Notes under the pieces: generated by a model | Seen by the model: only the letters and a program-made list of their open reading frames with translations | Told to the model about the DNA's origin: nothing | Databases searched by the model: none | In this document: piece by piece, positions 38,891 through 49,246 of the stretch | How the letters are laid out: each line of letters begins with the position of its first letter | How positions within the stretch are numbered: position 1 is the stretch's first letter | Source of the DNA: Bacilli bacterium | Lineage (GTDB): Bacteria; Bacillota_I; Bacilli_A; RF39; UBA660 | Direction: 5' to 3' | Assembly: GCA_017548925.1 (NCBI GenBank) | Contig: JAFYYX010000001.1 | Location: 360,852-424,851, forward strand | DNA: 64,000 nucleotides | Made by a program: the position numbers and the translations under genes

Positions 38891-38950
38891 TTATGTAAAA
38901 TACGTATATCTATGATATAGTATTAATGGAATATAGAAAGGTATCAATGT

Positions 38951-40843
38951 ATGAAGAAGTTTTTAATATCTATAAGCATTTTTATAATTACATTATTTAT
39001 ATCTATTTCATACACTCATGCCTTAACTGAAGTTGGTGATTTAGCTACTTTAACAGATAGTTTATCACAAGGTGGAGAATTACTGTTAACAAGTGATATC
39101 ACTGCAAACGCAGATTTAAATGTTACAAGTGATGTAACACTTAATCTAAATGGTCATAAACTTAAAATGGGTAGTACAGTATTATATGTAAAAAGTAATA
39201 TGACTATTTATGATGGCACAGAAAATAAAAATGGTTCAATTGAAGGAACAGCTGATTTTGTAATTACTGTTGGTACATCTACTTTAAGTGGTAACTTAAC
39301 AATTGACTCTGGCACTATAAATTGTAAAGGTAAATATGGTATTAAAATTGTACCTAATAGTTCTTTAGTTATAAATGATGGAACAGTAGTTGGTAAACGT
39401 TATCTTATTTATAATGATGGTAACTTTGAATTAAATGGTGGTTTAATTCACGCAAAAACTGGTCTAACAATTCAAAATAGAGCAGGTTCATTATTTACTA
39501 TGAATGGTGGAACTGTAACTACTGATGTTGATTATCAAGCAGTAAATCTTCATGGAAACTGTAAAGCTATAATAAATGGTGGAGAGATTCATGCTCATAA
39601 AGAAGGAACTGATTATCAAGGCAACGGTATAACTCTTTACAAGAATACCGAACTTATCGTAAATGGTGGCTTAATATCAACTTATGGTAATGCTATTATG
39701 GGTAATGGTTCGATTTCCGGTACTAGTGACGGATCTAATGCCAAAATAACTATTACAGGTGGAACTATAATATCATCTAATGGAGCTGCTGTTTATAATC
39801 CACAATATAATGGTGAAACACTAATAACAGGTGGAACTTTAACTGGTACATCAGCTATTGAAGTAAGATCAGGTAAAGTTACTATTGAAGGTGGAACCTT
39901 TAATGGAACTTTTCCATATGTTGTAACCGATTTTGCTAATGGTACTTCAACTGATGGAGCTGCTGTTGCTATAGCTCAGCATGATACAAAAAAACCAATT
40001 GATTTAACTATCAAAGGTGGAAACTTTAATGCTGAAGTTCCAATAAGTTTTACTAATCCACTTAATAATGAAGAAGAATATATTAATCAAATTAACATTA
40101 ATGTTTTTGGTGGAAACTTTAGAACAACAGGAACTACTAATGTTATATCTTTAGATGATAGAGCTATTTTAGCAGGTGGTTCATATAATACTGATGTTTC
40201 TGATTTAGTAATTGATGGCTATGGAGTTAAAGAAGAAAGTGGTATTTATAGTGTCCTTAAACTATATAATATAAACATAGATAAAGATTCTAATGAAGAT
40301 CTTTCAGTAAATGCAAATAAATCGTTTAAAGGTGAACTTATTAAAGTTACTCCAAAAGAAAAATGGGGCTTTGAATCTAAAGTTATATTAAATGATGGAA
40401 CTAAAGATTATGAAATAAATAATAATGAATTTATTATGCCTGAAAATAATGTTACTTTAAAAGTATCATATAGTGTTAGATATAAAATAATATCAGGTGA
40501 TAATCAAATTTATAATAATAGTGATATAACTATAACAACTAATGGAAGCATAGATAAATTAGAAAATATTAAAATTAATGGTGATAGTGTAGATAAAGAT
40601 AGTGTGATTATTGAAAATGGTAGTACTATTTTAACTATTAAAAATGATTACTTAAAATCACTATCTAGCGGAGTATATAATATAACATTTACTTATACAG
40701 ATGGTGATGTTTCAACTAATTTATTGGTTAATAAGGAAACTCCTAAAAATCCAGAAACATTTGATAATATCATCACATATTTTATAGTTTTAGTTTTAAG
40801 TTTATTTTCAACTAGTGTAATGATATATAAAAAGAATAATTAA
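38951..40843 (+). CDS. surface-anchored parallel beta-helix repeat protein (putative adhesin)
   Basis: Signal peptide. About 12 imperfect ~22-aa repeats of the form (I/L)xGGT(I/V)x(S/T)... (for example NGGTVTTDV, NGGEIHAHKEG, TGGTIISSNGAA, EGGTFNGTFP). Ig-like C-terminal region. C-terminal TM (IITYFIVLVLSLFSTSVMIY) with a KKNN tail. Confidence 0.6.
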   Translation: MKKFLISISIFIITLFISISYTHALTEVGDLATLTDSLSQGGELLLTSDITANADLNVTSDVTLNLNGHKLKMGSTVLYVKSNMTIYDGTENKNGSIEGTADFVITVGTSTLSGNLTIDSGTINCKGKYGIKIVPNSSLVINDGTVVGKRYLIYNDGNFELNGGLIHAKTGLTIQNRAGSLFTMNGGTVTTDVDYQAVNLHGNCKAIINGGEIHAHKEGTDYQGNGITLYKNTELIVNGGLISTYGNAIMGNGSISGTSDGSNAKITITGGTIISSNGAAVYNPQYNGETLITGGTLTGTSAIEVRSGKVTIEGGTFNGTFPYVVTDFANGTSTDGAAVAIAQHDTKKPIDLTIKGGNFNAEVPISFTNPLNNEEEYINQININVFGGNFRTTGTTNVISLDDRAILAGGSYNTDVSDLVIDGYGVKEESGIYSVLKLYNINIDKDSNEDLSVNANKSFKGELIKVTPKEKWGFESKVILNDGTKDYEINNNEFIMPENNVTLKVSYSVRYKIISGDNQIYNNSDITITTNGSIDKLENIKINGDSVDKDSVIIENGSTILTIKNDYLKSLSSGVYNITFTYTDGDVSTNLLVNKETPKNPETFDNIITYFIVLVLSLFSTSVMIYKKNN

Positions 40844-40871
40844 AAGTACAGTCTTAAACTGTACTTTTTTA
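40842..40871 (+). terminator. rho-independent terminator
   Basis: Stem aaagtacag pairs with ctgtacttt, followed by T6. Confidence 0.7.
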
Positions 40872-40897
40872 ATTAACATCTTCATATATATTTTATT

Positions 40898-42802
40898 ATG
40901 AACTATGAAAATATATATCGAAGGCAAAAAGTATTTCTAATAATAACTATTATTTTATTTATATCTATAATTATAAAAATATTTTATATTGAATACATTG
41001 ATTATAAAAAGATAAATAAACTTGCTAATGACTTATGGAATAGAGAACTTCCTATAACAGCTGATAGAGGATTAATACTAGATAGAAATGGTAAAGTTTT
41101 AGCAAGTAATATAACAACAACATCTTTAGTAGTTGTTCCAAAACAAATAAAAGATAAAAAGTATGCAGCTGAAGAAATATCTAAGATACTAAATACTACT
41201 TATAAAAATATATATGGTCACATTACTAAAAATACATCAATAGAAAGAATTCATCCTGAAGGAAGAAGACTTTCTTATGAAATAGCTGATAAAATAAATG
41301 CTTTAAATATAGACGGGGTATATCTTTTAAAAGAAGGTAAAAGATATTATCCATATGGTAATGTCTTATCACATGTTTTAGGTTATGTTGGAATTGATAA
41401 TCAAGGTTTATCAGGTATTGAATCTATGTATGAAAAATATTTAAAAGGAACCGATGGCTCCATTAAATATTTATCAGATGGAAAAGGCCAAAGACTTAAT
41501 TTAAGCGAAAGTTATAATGAACCAGAAAGTGGTATGAACGTTCTTTTAACTATTGATTTAGATTTACAACTTGCTATTGAAAATGAACTAGATATAGCTA
41601 TGAGTAAATATAATCCAGAAAATGTTTTAATACTTGCAATGAATCCAACATCTGGAGAAATTTTGGGTATGGCATCAAGACCTTCTTTTGATAGCAACTA
41701 TTATAAAAATTATAGCACTGAAACTATAAATAGAAATTTACCTATTTGGAAAACGTATGAACCAGGATCAACTTTTAAGATAATTACTTATGCTGCTGCA
41801 ATAGAAGAAAAAGTAGTAAACATATTTGAAGATACTTATTATGATAGTGGATCAATAAAAGTTTCTGGTTCAACACTACACTGCTGGAAACATGAAGGTC
41901 ATGGACTTCAAACATATTTAGAAGTAATTCAAAATTCATGTAACCCAGGTTTTGTTACCCTCGGGTTAAAACTAGGTAAAGAAAAATTAATGAAATATAT
42001 TCATAATTTTGGTTTTGGCAAAAAAACTGGTATTGATTTAAATGGTGAAGCCAAAGGTATTTTGTTTAAAGAAGAACAAATGAAAGAATTAGAACTTGCA
42101 ACAACAGCATTTGGTCAAGGTATATCTGTTACTCCAATTCAGCAGGTAAAAGCTGTTAGTGCAGCTATTAATGGTGGTAACTTATATACTCCTTATATAG
42201 TAAAAGGTGTTGAAGACTCTAGTACTCATGAATTTATTTATGAAAATAAAAAGCACTTAGAGAAAAAAGTAATAAGTGAAGAAACAAGTAAACTAGTTAG
42301 ATATGCACTTGAAACTGTTGTTGCAAAGGGAACTGGTCATAATGCATATTTAGAAGGCTATAAAATAGGTGGTAAAACTGGAACAGCTCAAAAGGTAGAT
42401 AATGGTGCATACATGCAAGGAAACTATATACTATCTTTTATAGGTTTTTTACCAGCAGATGATCCTAAACTTGTTTTATATGTTGCAATTGATCATCCAC
42501 ATAATGTTACACAGTATGGTGGTACAGTTGCAGCACCAATTGCTAAAAATATATTTAAAAGTGCTGTAAGTATTTTAAATATTAAAAAAAGTAAAGATGT
42601 TATTCCAAAAGAATATACATGGCTTGATGAAAAATATTATTTAGTGCCAGATGTAACTAACCAAGATGTTAAAGAAGCAAAAAAATTACTTAAAAATTTT
42701 AAAGTAAAATATATTGGAAAAGGAAATACTGTTATAAAACAAACACCAAAAGCAAATACTATGACTAAAGAGTTAGGTGATGTAGTACTTTACCTTAATT
42801 AA
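40898..42802 (+). CDS. class B penicillin-binding protein with C-terminal PASTA domain (SpoVD/PBP2B-like)
   Basis: N-terminal TM, dimerisation domain, transpeptidase motifs STFK, SCN and KTGT (GGKTGTAQ), and a single C-terminal PASTA. Confidence 0.8.
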   Translation: MNYENIYRRQKVFLIITIILFISIIIKIFYIEYIDYKKINKLANDLWNRELPITADRGLILDRNGKVLASNITTTSLVVVPKQIKDKKYAAEEISKILNTTYKNIYGHITKNTSIERIHPEGRRLSYEIADKINALNIDGVYLLKEGKRYYPYGNVLSHVLGYVGIDNQGLSGIESMYEKYLKGTDGSIKYLSDGKGQRLNLSESYNEPESGMNVLLTIDLDLQLAIENELDIAMSKYNPENVLILAMNPTSGEILGMASRPSFDSNYYKNYSTETINRNLPIWKTYEPGSTFKIITYAAAIEEKVVNIFEDTYYDSGSIKVSGSTLHCWKHEGHGLQTYLEVIQNSCNPGFVTLGLKLGKEKLMKYIHNFGFGKKTGIDLNGEAKGILFKEEQMKELELATTAFGQGISVTPIQQVKAVSAAINGGNLYTPYIVKGVEDSSTHEFIYENKKHLEKKVISEETSKLVRYALETVVAKGTGHNAYLEGYKIGGKTGTAQKVDNGAYMQGNYILSFIGFLPADDPKLVLYVAIDHPHNVTQYGGTVAAPIAKNIFKSAVSILNIKKSKDVIPKEYTWLDEKYYLVPDVTNQDVKEAKKLLKNFKVKYIGKGNTVIKQTPKANTMTKELGDVVLYLN

Positions 42803-42888
42803 TGTCAATAATTGTAAAATGTTTTTTTGATATTTAAATAAAAGTAGTATTTATTGTATAATATTGTAATAAAGAAAGAGGTGTATTT

Positions 42889-43881
42889 ATGCTACTTTTA
42901 GCTAAAGCTGCACTTGCAATGATGCTTGGATTTGGTTTATCCATCATTGCTGGACTTATTATAGTTCCTCTTTTAAAAAAATATAAAATAGGTCAACAAG
43001 TTAGTAGAACTGTTGGAGAAAGACATATGGCAAAACAAGGTACTCCAACAATGGGTGGTTTAATATTTATTATTCCAACACTACTTGCAATGTTATTTTT
43101 ATATTTAAGAGGTAGTATTTCTTATAGTCATAATATGTTAATACTTATATTTGTATTTATATCATATGCCATTTTAGGTGGTATAGATGATATACTCAAA
43201 GTTAAGTTTAAAAATAATAAAGGTTTATCAATAAGTACAAAATTCTTACTTCAAATGGTTATAGCTCTAGTATTTTTCTATATCTTTATGAAAAATGGTG
43301 GAGAACCAACACTAGCTATTTCATTTTTACATTTAGAAATACCTATGGGGTGGACATTTGGTTTATTTATATTATTTTTACTTGTTGGTTCATCAAATGC
43401 TGTTAATATAACAGATGGTTGTGATGGTTTAGCCGGAGGCTTATCTGCTATTGCATTTGTTGCATTTGGTATTATTGCATGGAATACATCGTGGATGGAA
43501 GGATACCAAGAAGTAGGTGTATTTTCATTCTGTTTAGTAGGATCTTTACTAGGATTTTTAATATTTAATACTCATCCAGCAAGAGTATTTATGGGAGATT
43601 TAGGATCTCTTGCTCTTGGTGGAGCACTTGCAACAATAGCTGTTATTACAAGACACGAAATATCACTTGCATTAATTGGTGGAATATTTGTTATTGAAAC
43701 ATTATCTTCATTAATTCAAATTATAGCTATTACAAAGTTTCATAAAAGAATATTCTTAAAAGCACCATTACATCACCACTTTGAAGCACTTGGTTGGGAT
43801 GAAAGAGATATTGTTAAAATGTTTTGGACAATAGGTCTTCTTCTTGCAATGGCTGCAATTACTTACGGGGTTTGGTTATAA
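42889..43881 (+). CDS. mraY: phospho-N-acetylmuramoyl-pentapeptide transferase
   Basis: MraY hallmark blocks GTPTMGG, ILGGIDD, NAVNITDGCDGLAGG, PARVFMGDLGSLALGG and APLHHHFE. Confidence 0.9.
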   Translation: MLLLAKAALAMMLGFGLSIIAGLIIVPLLKKYKIGQQVSRTVGERHMAKQGTPTMGGLIFIIPTLLAMLFLYLRGSISYSHNMLILIFVFISYAILGGIDDILKVKFKNNKGLSISTKFLLQMVIALVFFYIFMKNGGEPTLAISFLHLEIPMGWTFGLFILFLLVGSSNAVNITDGCDGLAGGLSAIAFVAFGIIAWNTSWMEGYQEVGVFSFCLVGSLLGFLIFNTHPARVFMGDLGSLALGGALATIAVITRHEISLALIGGIFVIETLSSLIQIIAITKFHKRIFLKAPLHHHFEALGWDERDIVKMFWTIGLLLAMAAITYGVWL

Positions 43882-43893
43882 AGATGTATCCTC

Positions 43894-44006
43894 AAATGTC
43901 AGATATTTTAATTTGAAAAAAGGATATATTTGAATAAAATAATTTGATAATAATGAAATGGAAGCAATTATGAATAAAAAGTTCGTAATTAAAATATCTG
44001 ACATTT
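43894..44006. repeat. 16-bp perfect inverted repeat (AAATGTCAGATATTTT / AAAATATCTGACATTT) separated by 81 nt
   Basis: Arms at 43894-43909 and 43991-44006, in the 297-bp non-coding gap between mraY and ftsW. Confidence 0.6.
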
Positions 44007-44032
44007 CAAAATGCATCAATATAACTTATTAG

Positions 44033-44058
44033 GCATCACTTAAAGTGATGTTTTTTTG
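44033..44058 (+). terminator. rho-independent terminator
   Basis: Stem catcactt pairs with aagtgatg, followed by T7. Confidence 0.65.
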
Positions 44059-44178
44059 TTAATTTAAATTAACTGAAAAGTTATTATAACGATAAAAAAA
44101 TAACTTTCAATACTTTCGACAAAACATGTCAAAATATTCGCTTAATTATTAAATAAAATTAAATATGGTGATGTATTT

Positions 44179-45258
44179 TTGAAAAAAGAAATAGTAATTG
44201 TAAAGTTATTATCTACTATATTAATTTTATTTGGACTACTAATAATCTACTCATCTAGTTATGTTTGGTCCAACTATAAATTTAATAATGGATATCATTA
44301 TGTTTTATATCAATTTATATTTTTATTAATAAGTTTATTTATATCTAAAGTAGTTATAAAAATAGATTTAAATATTATTAAAAAAAATATAAATAAACTA
44401 TTACTAATTGGAATAATTTTATTACTGCTAGTTATAATTCCTGGTGTAGGAGTAGTTAGAAATGGATCGAGATCTTGGTTTAGTATTGGTCCACTTAGTA
44501 TGCAGCCAAGTGAATTTATTAAAATAATTTTAATAATATTTACTGCAAAATATTTGGAAAAATACCATTACAAAATAAATAAATTAAAAGATAATTTATT
44601 TCCATTAATTATTATTCTTGGTGCAGTAATACTGCTAATAATGCTAGAACCTGACTTTGGAAGCTCCATGATTATAATTTTAACTATTTTATCTATGGTT
44701 TTTATATCGGGTTTAAAATATCGATTCTTTAGTTATATAGGGTTACTTGGAATATTAGGAATTACTTTTATAATAATTATTGCACCATATAGGATGGCAA
44801 GAATAATATCTTTTATAAACCCATGGAAAGATCCTCTTGGATCAGGATACCAAATTATCCAATCACTTTATGCTGTTGCACCAGGTGGTTTATTTGGCCA
44901 TGGAATATTTTCTTCTATTCAAAAATATTTTTATTTACCAGAACCACAAACTGATTTTATATTTGCTATTTTCTGTGAGGAATTTGGTTTTATAATATCA
45001 GTTCTCGTAATATTAATGTTTATTATTCTTTTTTATAATATATATAAAATAAGTGCAAAACAAAGTGATTTATTTAAAAAGTTTTTATCTTTTGGAATAC
45101 TATCTAGTTTAGTTGTGCAAACAGTAATGAATTTATGTGTTGTTGTTGGGTTAGTACCTGTAACAGGAGTAACACTTCCATTTTTTAGTTATGGTGGATC
45201 AAGTTTACTTATATCTATATTAGAAATATCTTTAATTATTAATATTTCTAAAAGTTGA
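44179..45258 (+). CDS. ftsW: SEDS-family peptidoglycan glycosyltransferase FtsW/SpoVE
   Basis: Ten TM helices. SEDS blocks SWFSIGPLSMQPSEFIKI and LPEPQTDFIFAIFCEEFGF, and the TLPFFSYGGSS motif. TTG start and weak RBS, so the start is uncertain. Confidence 0.75.
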   Translation: MKKEIVIVKLLSTILILFGLLIIYSSSYVWSNYKFNNGYHYVLYQFIFLLISLFISKVVIKIDLNIIKKNINKLLLIGIILLLLVIIPGVGVVRNGSRSWFSIGPLSMQPSEFIKIILIIFTAKYLEKYHYKINKLKDNLFPLIIILGAVILLIMLEPDFGSSMIIILTILSMVFISGLKYRFFSYIGLLGILGITFIIIIAPYRMARIISFINPWKDPLGSGYQIIQSLYAVAPGGLFGHGIFSSIQKYFYLPEPQTDFIFAIFCEEFGFIISVLVILMFIILFYNIYKISAKQSDLFKKFLSFGILSSLVVQTVMNLCVVVGLVPVTGVTLPFFSYGGSSLLISILEISLIINISKS

Positions 45259-45297
45259 ATTTTAATGTTTTTTTAGGTATATCAATAGAACGTTTGT

Positions 45298-45326
45298 TTG
45301 ACTTAAAGTAGCAAAAATGCTATAAT
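45298..45326 (+). promoter_or_regulatory. near-consensus sigma-A promoter: TTGACT - 17 nt - TGcTATAAT
   Basis: TTGACT (45298-45303), a 17-nt spacer, and an extended -10 TGCTATAAT (45318-45326), 28 nt upstream of ORF 45354. Confidence 0.6.
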
Positions 45327-45353
45327 ACTTGGCGACAAGTAAGGGGAATTTAT

Positions 45354-46445
45354 ATGGAAAGAAATGAAGTATTAGTTGCCAAAAATACTGATGAGTTAAT
45401 CTCTTACACTAAAACACAACCGAGTGCAAATGAACTTTTTATAAGTTCGGTTACAAATCTAGATAAAATAGATTCTTTTCATAATCTCCAAAATCTTAAA
45501 ATATCCGCTTTTAAAGCTATTGAATTAAATGATGATGCAATAATTGATGGATCAAATATTAAAAAACTTAAAGCATTAAAGACACTATATATTGAAAACG
45601 ATGATCACATTGAAGAGTTATCTTTACCATGCACAATGAATCTAGATACTTTATTTATATCTTCATGTCACATACTTAAATATATTGATAACTTATTTTA
45701 TCAAAATAGATTAAGGACTTTAGTTATATATGATGTACCTAATCTTGATAAAAGTTTTTATAGTAAGTTAATAAGTTTTTTGGATAATTCAAACTTAGAT
45801 AGAGTTATTCTTGATATAAACACTTATACATTATTTACCGATAAAGAACTTGAAAAATTAAAGGAATATCATGTACTATTTGCTGAAAAAATAGGTATAA
45901 AAGATAACTATATTTTTACTCCAAAAATGATGGAAGATTTTCATAGTAAAGTTCTTGAAATTTATAAAAAGGTTCATGATGAATATAAAGATTTATATAA
46001 AATCTTATATGAATATTATGATTATGTAAGAAATACTCATTATGATGAAGAATCCCTTGCTAAAAGACAAAAGTTTACTCTTGAAGGTGGTAAATTTTAT
46101 AAATATGCAAATAGATATAAATCTATTAATTCTTCATATAAAGCTCTAATGAAAAATAATGCTGTTTGTGAAGGTTATGTAAACTTACTTAGATATTTAT
46201 ATAATCTTGAAAATGTTGATTTATATCCAGTATTTTGTAACTATAAAGAATCATCACATGTAGCTGGAAAAGCCTTTATTGATGGTGTTGAAGTATTCTT
46301 TGATCCAGAATTAGATCATAGATTTATGAATCACAATAACTTTATGATAAGTAAAGATGAATTTCAAAGAAATCATGATATCTTATTTTATCGCGATAAT
46401 TTTGATATAATAATAGAAGTAAAGAATAAAGTGAGAAGTAGATAG
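45354..46445 (+). CDS. leucine-rich-repeat protein fused to transglutaminase-like cysteine-protease domain
   Basis: N-terminal LRR-like units (LQNLKISAFKAIEL, LKALKTLYIEND, NLDTLFISSCHILKYIDNL, RLRTLVIYDVPNLD). C-terminal TGase-like core with Cys (NAVCEGYVNLLRYL), His (SSHVAGKAFIDGVEV) and Asp (FFDPELD). No signal peptide. Confidence 0.55.
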   Translation: MERNEVLVAKNTDELISYTKTQPSANELFISSVTNLDKIDSFHNLQNLKISAFKAIELNDDAIIDGSNIKKLKALKTLYIENDDHIEELSLPCTMNLDTLFISSCHILKYIDNLFYQNRLRTLVIYDVPNLDKSFYSKLISFLDNSNLDRVILDINTYTLFTDKELEKLKEYHVLFAEKIGIKDNYIFTPKMMEDFHSKVLEIYKKVHDEYKDLYKILYEYYDYVRNTHYDEESLAKRQKFTLEGGKFYKYANRYKSINSSYKALMKNNAVCEGYVNLLRYLYNLENVDLYPVFCNYKESSHVAGKAFIDGVEVFFDPELDHRFMNHNNFMISKDEFQRNHDILFYRDNFDIIIEVKNKVRSR

Positions 46446-46447
46446 TT

Positions 46448-48052
46448 ATGAAAAGAATATTACAAGAATACTTACAAAATAATCATGGTATTGGAGATAT
46501 TATATTAAATGATACTAGCAAGATTATATCTATACTAGATGATTTAAAAATAGATGCTTTATATAAAAGTAACTTTCATGGTTTATATCACTCTCAAAAG
46601 GTATGTTTATATGCATATATAATTGGTACATGCATGGGTTTAGATGAATCTGAAATGAAAATTATTTTAGATGCAGCTAAGTATCATGATATTGGAAGAG
46701 AAAACGATAATGAAGATACAACTCATGGTTATGCAGCTACTTTAAGAATAGATAAAGTAGTAAATTATTCTAATACAGATGATATATATTATTTAAAAGC
46801 AATTATTGATGCGCATGCAGTTCCTGATAAAGAAATGGATTTAATTTTTAGTAACTGGAATGAAAGAAAACATGATGATGATATTGCTTTAAAAAGGGAA
46901 AATGCTAAAGATCTTGATTTCGAAAAATTCAAAAAATTATGTTCAATATTAAAAGATGCTGATGCCCTTGATAGATTTAGATTTAAAAACTGTCCTGCAG
47001 AACTTGATGAAAACTATTTAAGAACTGATGCAGCTAAAAATAAAAAACTAATAGAAGCAGCTAAAATTATTAATGATCACTACAGGAAAGTTGAAGCTGA
47101 AGAGCAATATAAAAATGCTCAAGGTAAATATAATAAATTCACTTTTGATAAACAAATATGTTATCACAGTGTAGGGTTTGATTTTTTCAAAGCACTAAGT
47201 GTATTAGAACATGGAATATTATCATATTACAGTGCTGAAAAAAATAACATAAAATTATCAAGAAATTTTAATGGAAATAATTCTGACTTTTGGATATCTG
47301 TTGTTGATGCTAACCAACTATTTTCTCAACCAAAAGCCTTTGATAAATATGTAAAAAATGGAATAAGTTTCCTATGTTATGTTGATCAGCTTGTTCCAGG
47401 AGTTAGTAGATCTAAAGATAATGGTTCTTTAGAACCAAGAAATTCTGAATATTGTGATGAAAAATTTGTTTTTGATAAAATTCCACTTGAACATATACAA
47501 TTTATGTTAATTCCTAAAAAATATATGAATACAAGTATTACTGAATTGGAATATTTATACTGTAATTCAAACTATGAAACAATAAAAAATAATGTTAATA
47601 GATATTTAGGTGAGATAGAGCAGTACTGTGATATTAAACTAAATAGAAATAATATTAATAGAGTTTTAAATGAATTATTCCAAGTTCAAACAAATTATAA
47701 TAGTGCTTATTATCATTCTGAATTTGATGAAAAGATGTATTATCTTAAGATTGATCATATGAAAGCTGCACTTAATTTATATATTCAAGAATCAATGCAA
47801 ATTGGTTTTTGTGAACTAATGGAAAAAACAATTGATGAAAAAATCACATTAAAAGAAGTAGTTGAATTTATTCTAAAAAGAAATGGTATTGAATATACTG
47901 AAGTTCAAAGTAATAGTGATAGTGAGAGTTTTTCATCAGCAGATGATATTTTATCATTTGATGATAAAGGTGCATATATGTTAAGACTATCAACCTTTGA
48001 TTTAAATAAAACTATAAGTCTTTCAGATTTAAATCAAACAAGAGGTATTTAA
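46448..48052 (+). CDS. HD-domain phosphohydrolase-like protein with ~350-aa C-terminal domain of unknown function
   Basis: N-terminal H..HD signature (GLYHSQKVCLYAYIIG...AAKYHDIGREND...DADALDRF). Begins 3 nt after the upstream stop. Cytoplasmic. Confidence 0.55.
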   Translation: MKRILQEYLQNNHGIGDIILNDTSKIISILDDLKIDALYKSNFHGLYHSQKVCLYAYIIGTCMGLDESEMKIILDAAKYHDIGRENDNEDTTHGYAATLRIDKVVNYSNTDDIYYLKAIIDAHAVPDKEMDLIFSNWNERKHDDDIALKRENAKDLDFEKFKKLCSILKDADALDRFRFKNCPAELDENYLRTDAAKNKKLIEAAKIINDHYRKVEAEEQYKNAQGKYNKFTFDKQICYHSVGFDFFKALSVLEHGILSYYSAEKNNIKLSRNFNGNNSDFWISVVDANQLFSQPKAFDKYVKNGISFLCYVDQLVPGVSRSKDNGSLEPRNSEYCDEKFVFDKIPLEHIQFMLIPKKYMNTSITELEYLYCNSNYETIKNNVNRYLGEIEQYCDIKLNRNNINRVLNELFQVQTNYNSAYYHSEFDEKMYYLKIDHMKAALNLYIQESMQIGFCELMEKTIDEKITLKEVVEFILKRNGIEYTEVQSNSDSESFSSADDILSFDDKGAYMLRLSTFDLNKTISLSDLNQTRGI

Positions 48053-48080
48053 AAACCAAGATTAAATCTTGGTTTTTTCT
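48052..48080 (+). terminator. rho-independent terminator
   Basis: Stem aaaccaagatt pairs with aatcttggttt, followed by T6. It is followed by TTGATA. Confidence 0.7.
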
Positions 48081-48172
48081 TGATATAAATTAATGTAAAG
48101 TTATTTATAACTTAACATTAATTAATAATTTTATAGTATAATTTAATATAACAAGAAGGAGGAACTTTATTT

Positions 48173-49246
48173 ATGAAAGTAATAGTTTCTGCTGGAGGTA
48201 CAGGAGGACATATTTATCCTGCACTTGCAATAATTGATATGTTAAAAAAAGAATATAAAGATTTGGATATTTTATATATAGGTACTCATAATAGAATGGA
48301 AAAAGATATTATCCCTAAAATGGGTATTAAATATGAAACTTTAAAAATATATGGGGTTAGTAAAAGAATATATCTTAATTTAAAAAACTGTTTTTTAATT
48401 AATGAAGCATTTCATAAATGCCATAAAATAATAAAAGAATTTAAACCTGATTTAGTTATTGGTGCTGGAGGTTACGTAACATATCCGGTAATAAAAACAG
48501 CACAAAGAATGGGTATTAAAACTTTTATTCATGAACAAAATAGTTTTTCTGGTAAAACTAATGTAGCATTAGGTAAAAAAGCGACTTTAGTTGGTGTTTC
48601 ATTTGAAAACTCAGTAAAAGATTATAAAAAATGTAAGGGTAAAGTATTCATAATGGGTAATCCATGTGGAAAAAGAGCTCTTGATATTAAACCAATTAAA
48701 AAATCTGACATAGGGTTTAAAGATAATAAACCACTTGTTGTTGCAGTTGCTGGATCACTTGGTAGCGTAACAATAAACAAATCATTTAAAGAAGTGTTAA
48801 CTTCTTTAAATGATAAAAATTATCAGTTTTTATATATAACTGGTCAAAAATATTATGATGAATTTATTAAGGGTTTAACTTTACCAGATAATGTTAAAGT
48901 AGTACCATATTTTGAAAATTTATCAGGACTACTTAAAAACACAGATGCATTAATTTCAAGATCTGGTGCAAGTACTATGAGTGAAGTAATAGCTTTAAAA
49001 GTACCAACTATCTTTATTCCATCACCATATGTAGCAAATAACCATCAGTACTATAATGCAATTGATTTAGTTAATAAAAAAGCTGCTCTTATGATTGAAG
49101 AAAAAGATTTTAGTAAAGATTTATTACTAAGTAAAATTGATGAGTTATTAAATAATAGTAAAGAAATAAAAAATAACTTAGAAAGTATTTCAGTTGTAGA
49201 TTCTGAAAAAGTATTTATTAGTGAAATAAAGGGGATTTTTAAATGA
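48173..49246 (+). CDS. murG: UDP-GlcNAc:lipid I N-acetylglucosaminyltransferase
   Basis: GGTGGH N-terminal motif (VSAGGTGGHIYPALA), GT28 C-terminal domain. AGGAGG RBS. Confidence 0.85.
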   Translation: MKVIVSAGGTGGHIYPALAIIDMLKKEYKDLDILYIGTHNRMEKDIIPKMGIKYETLKIYGVSKRIYLNLKNCFLINEAFHKCHKIIKEFKPDLVIGAGGYVTYPVIKTAQRMGIKTFIHEQNSFSGKTNVALGKKATLVGVSFENSVKDYKKCKGKVFIMGNPCGKRALDIKPIKKSDIGFKDNKPLVVAVAGSLGSVTINKSFKEVLTSLNDKNYQFLYITGQKYYDEFIKGLTLPDNVKVVPYFENLSGLLKNTDALISRSGASTMSEVIALKVPTIFIPSPYVANNHQYYNAIDLVNKKAALMIEEKDFSKDLLLSKIDELLNNSKEIKNNLESISVVDSEKVFISEIKGIFK

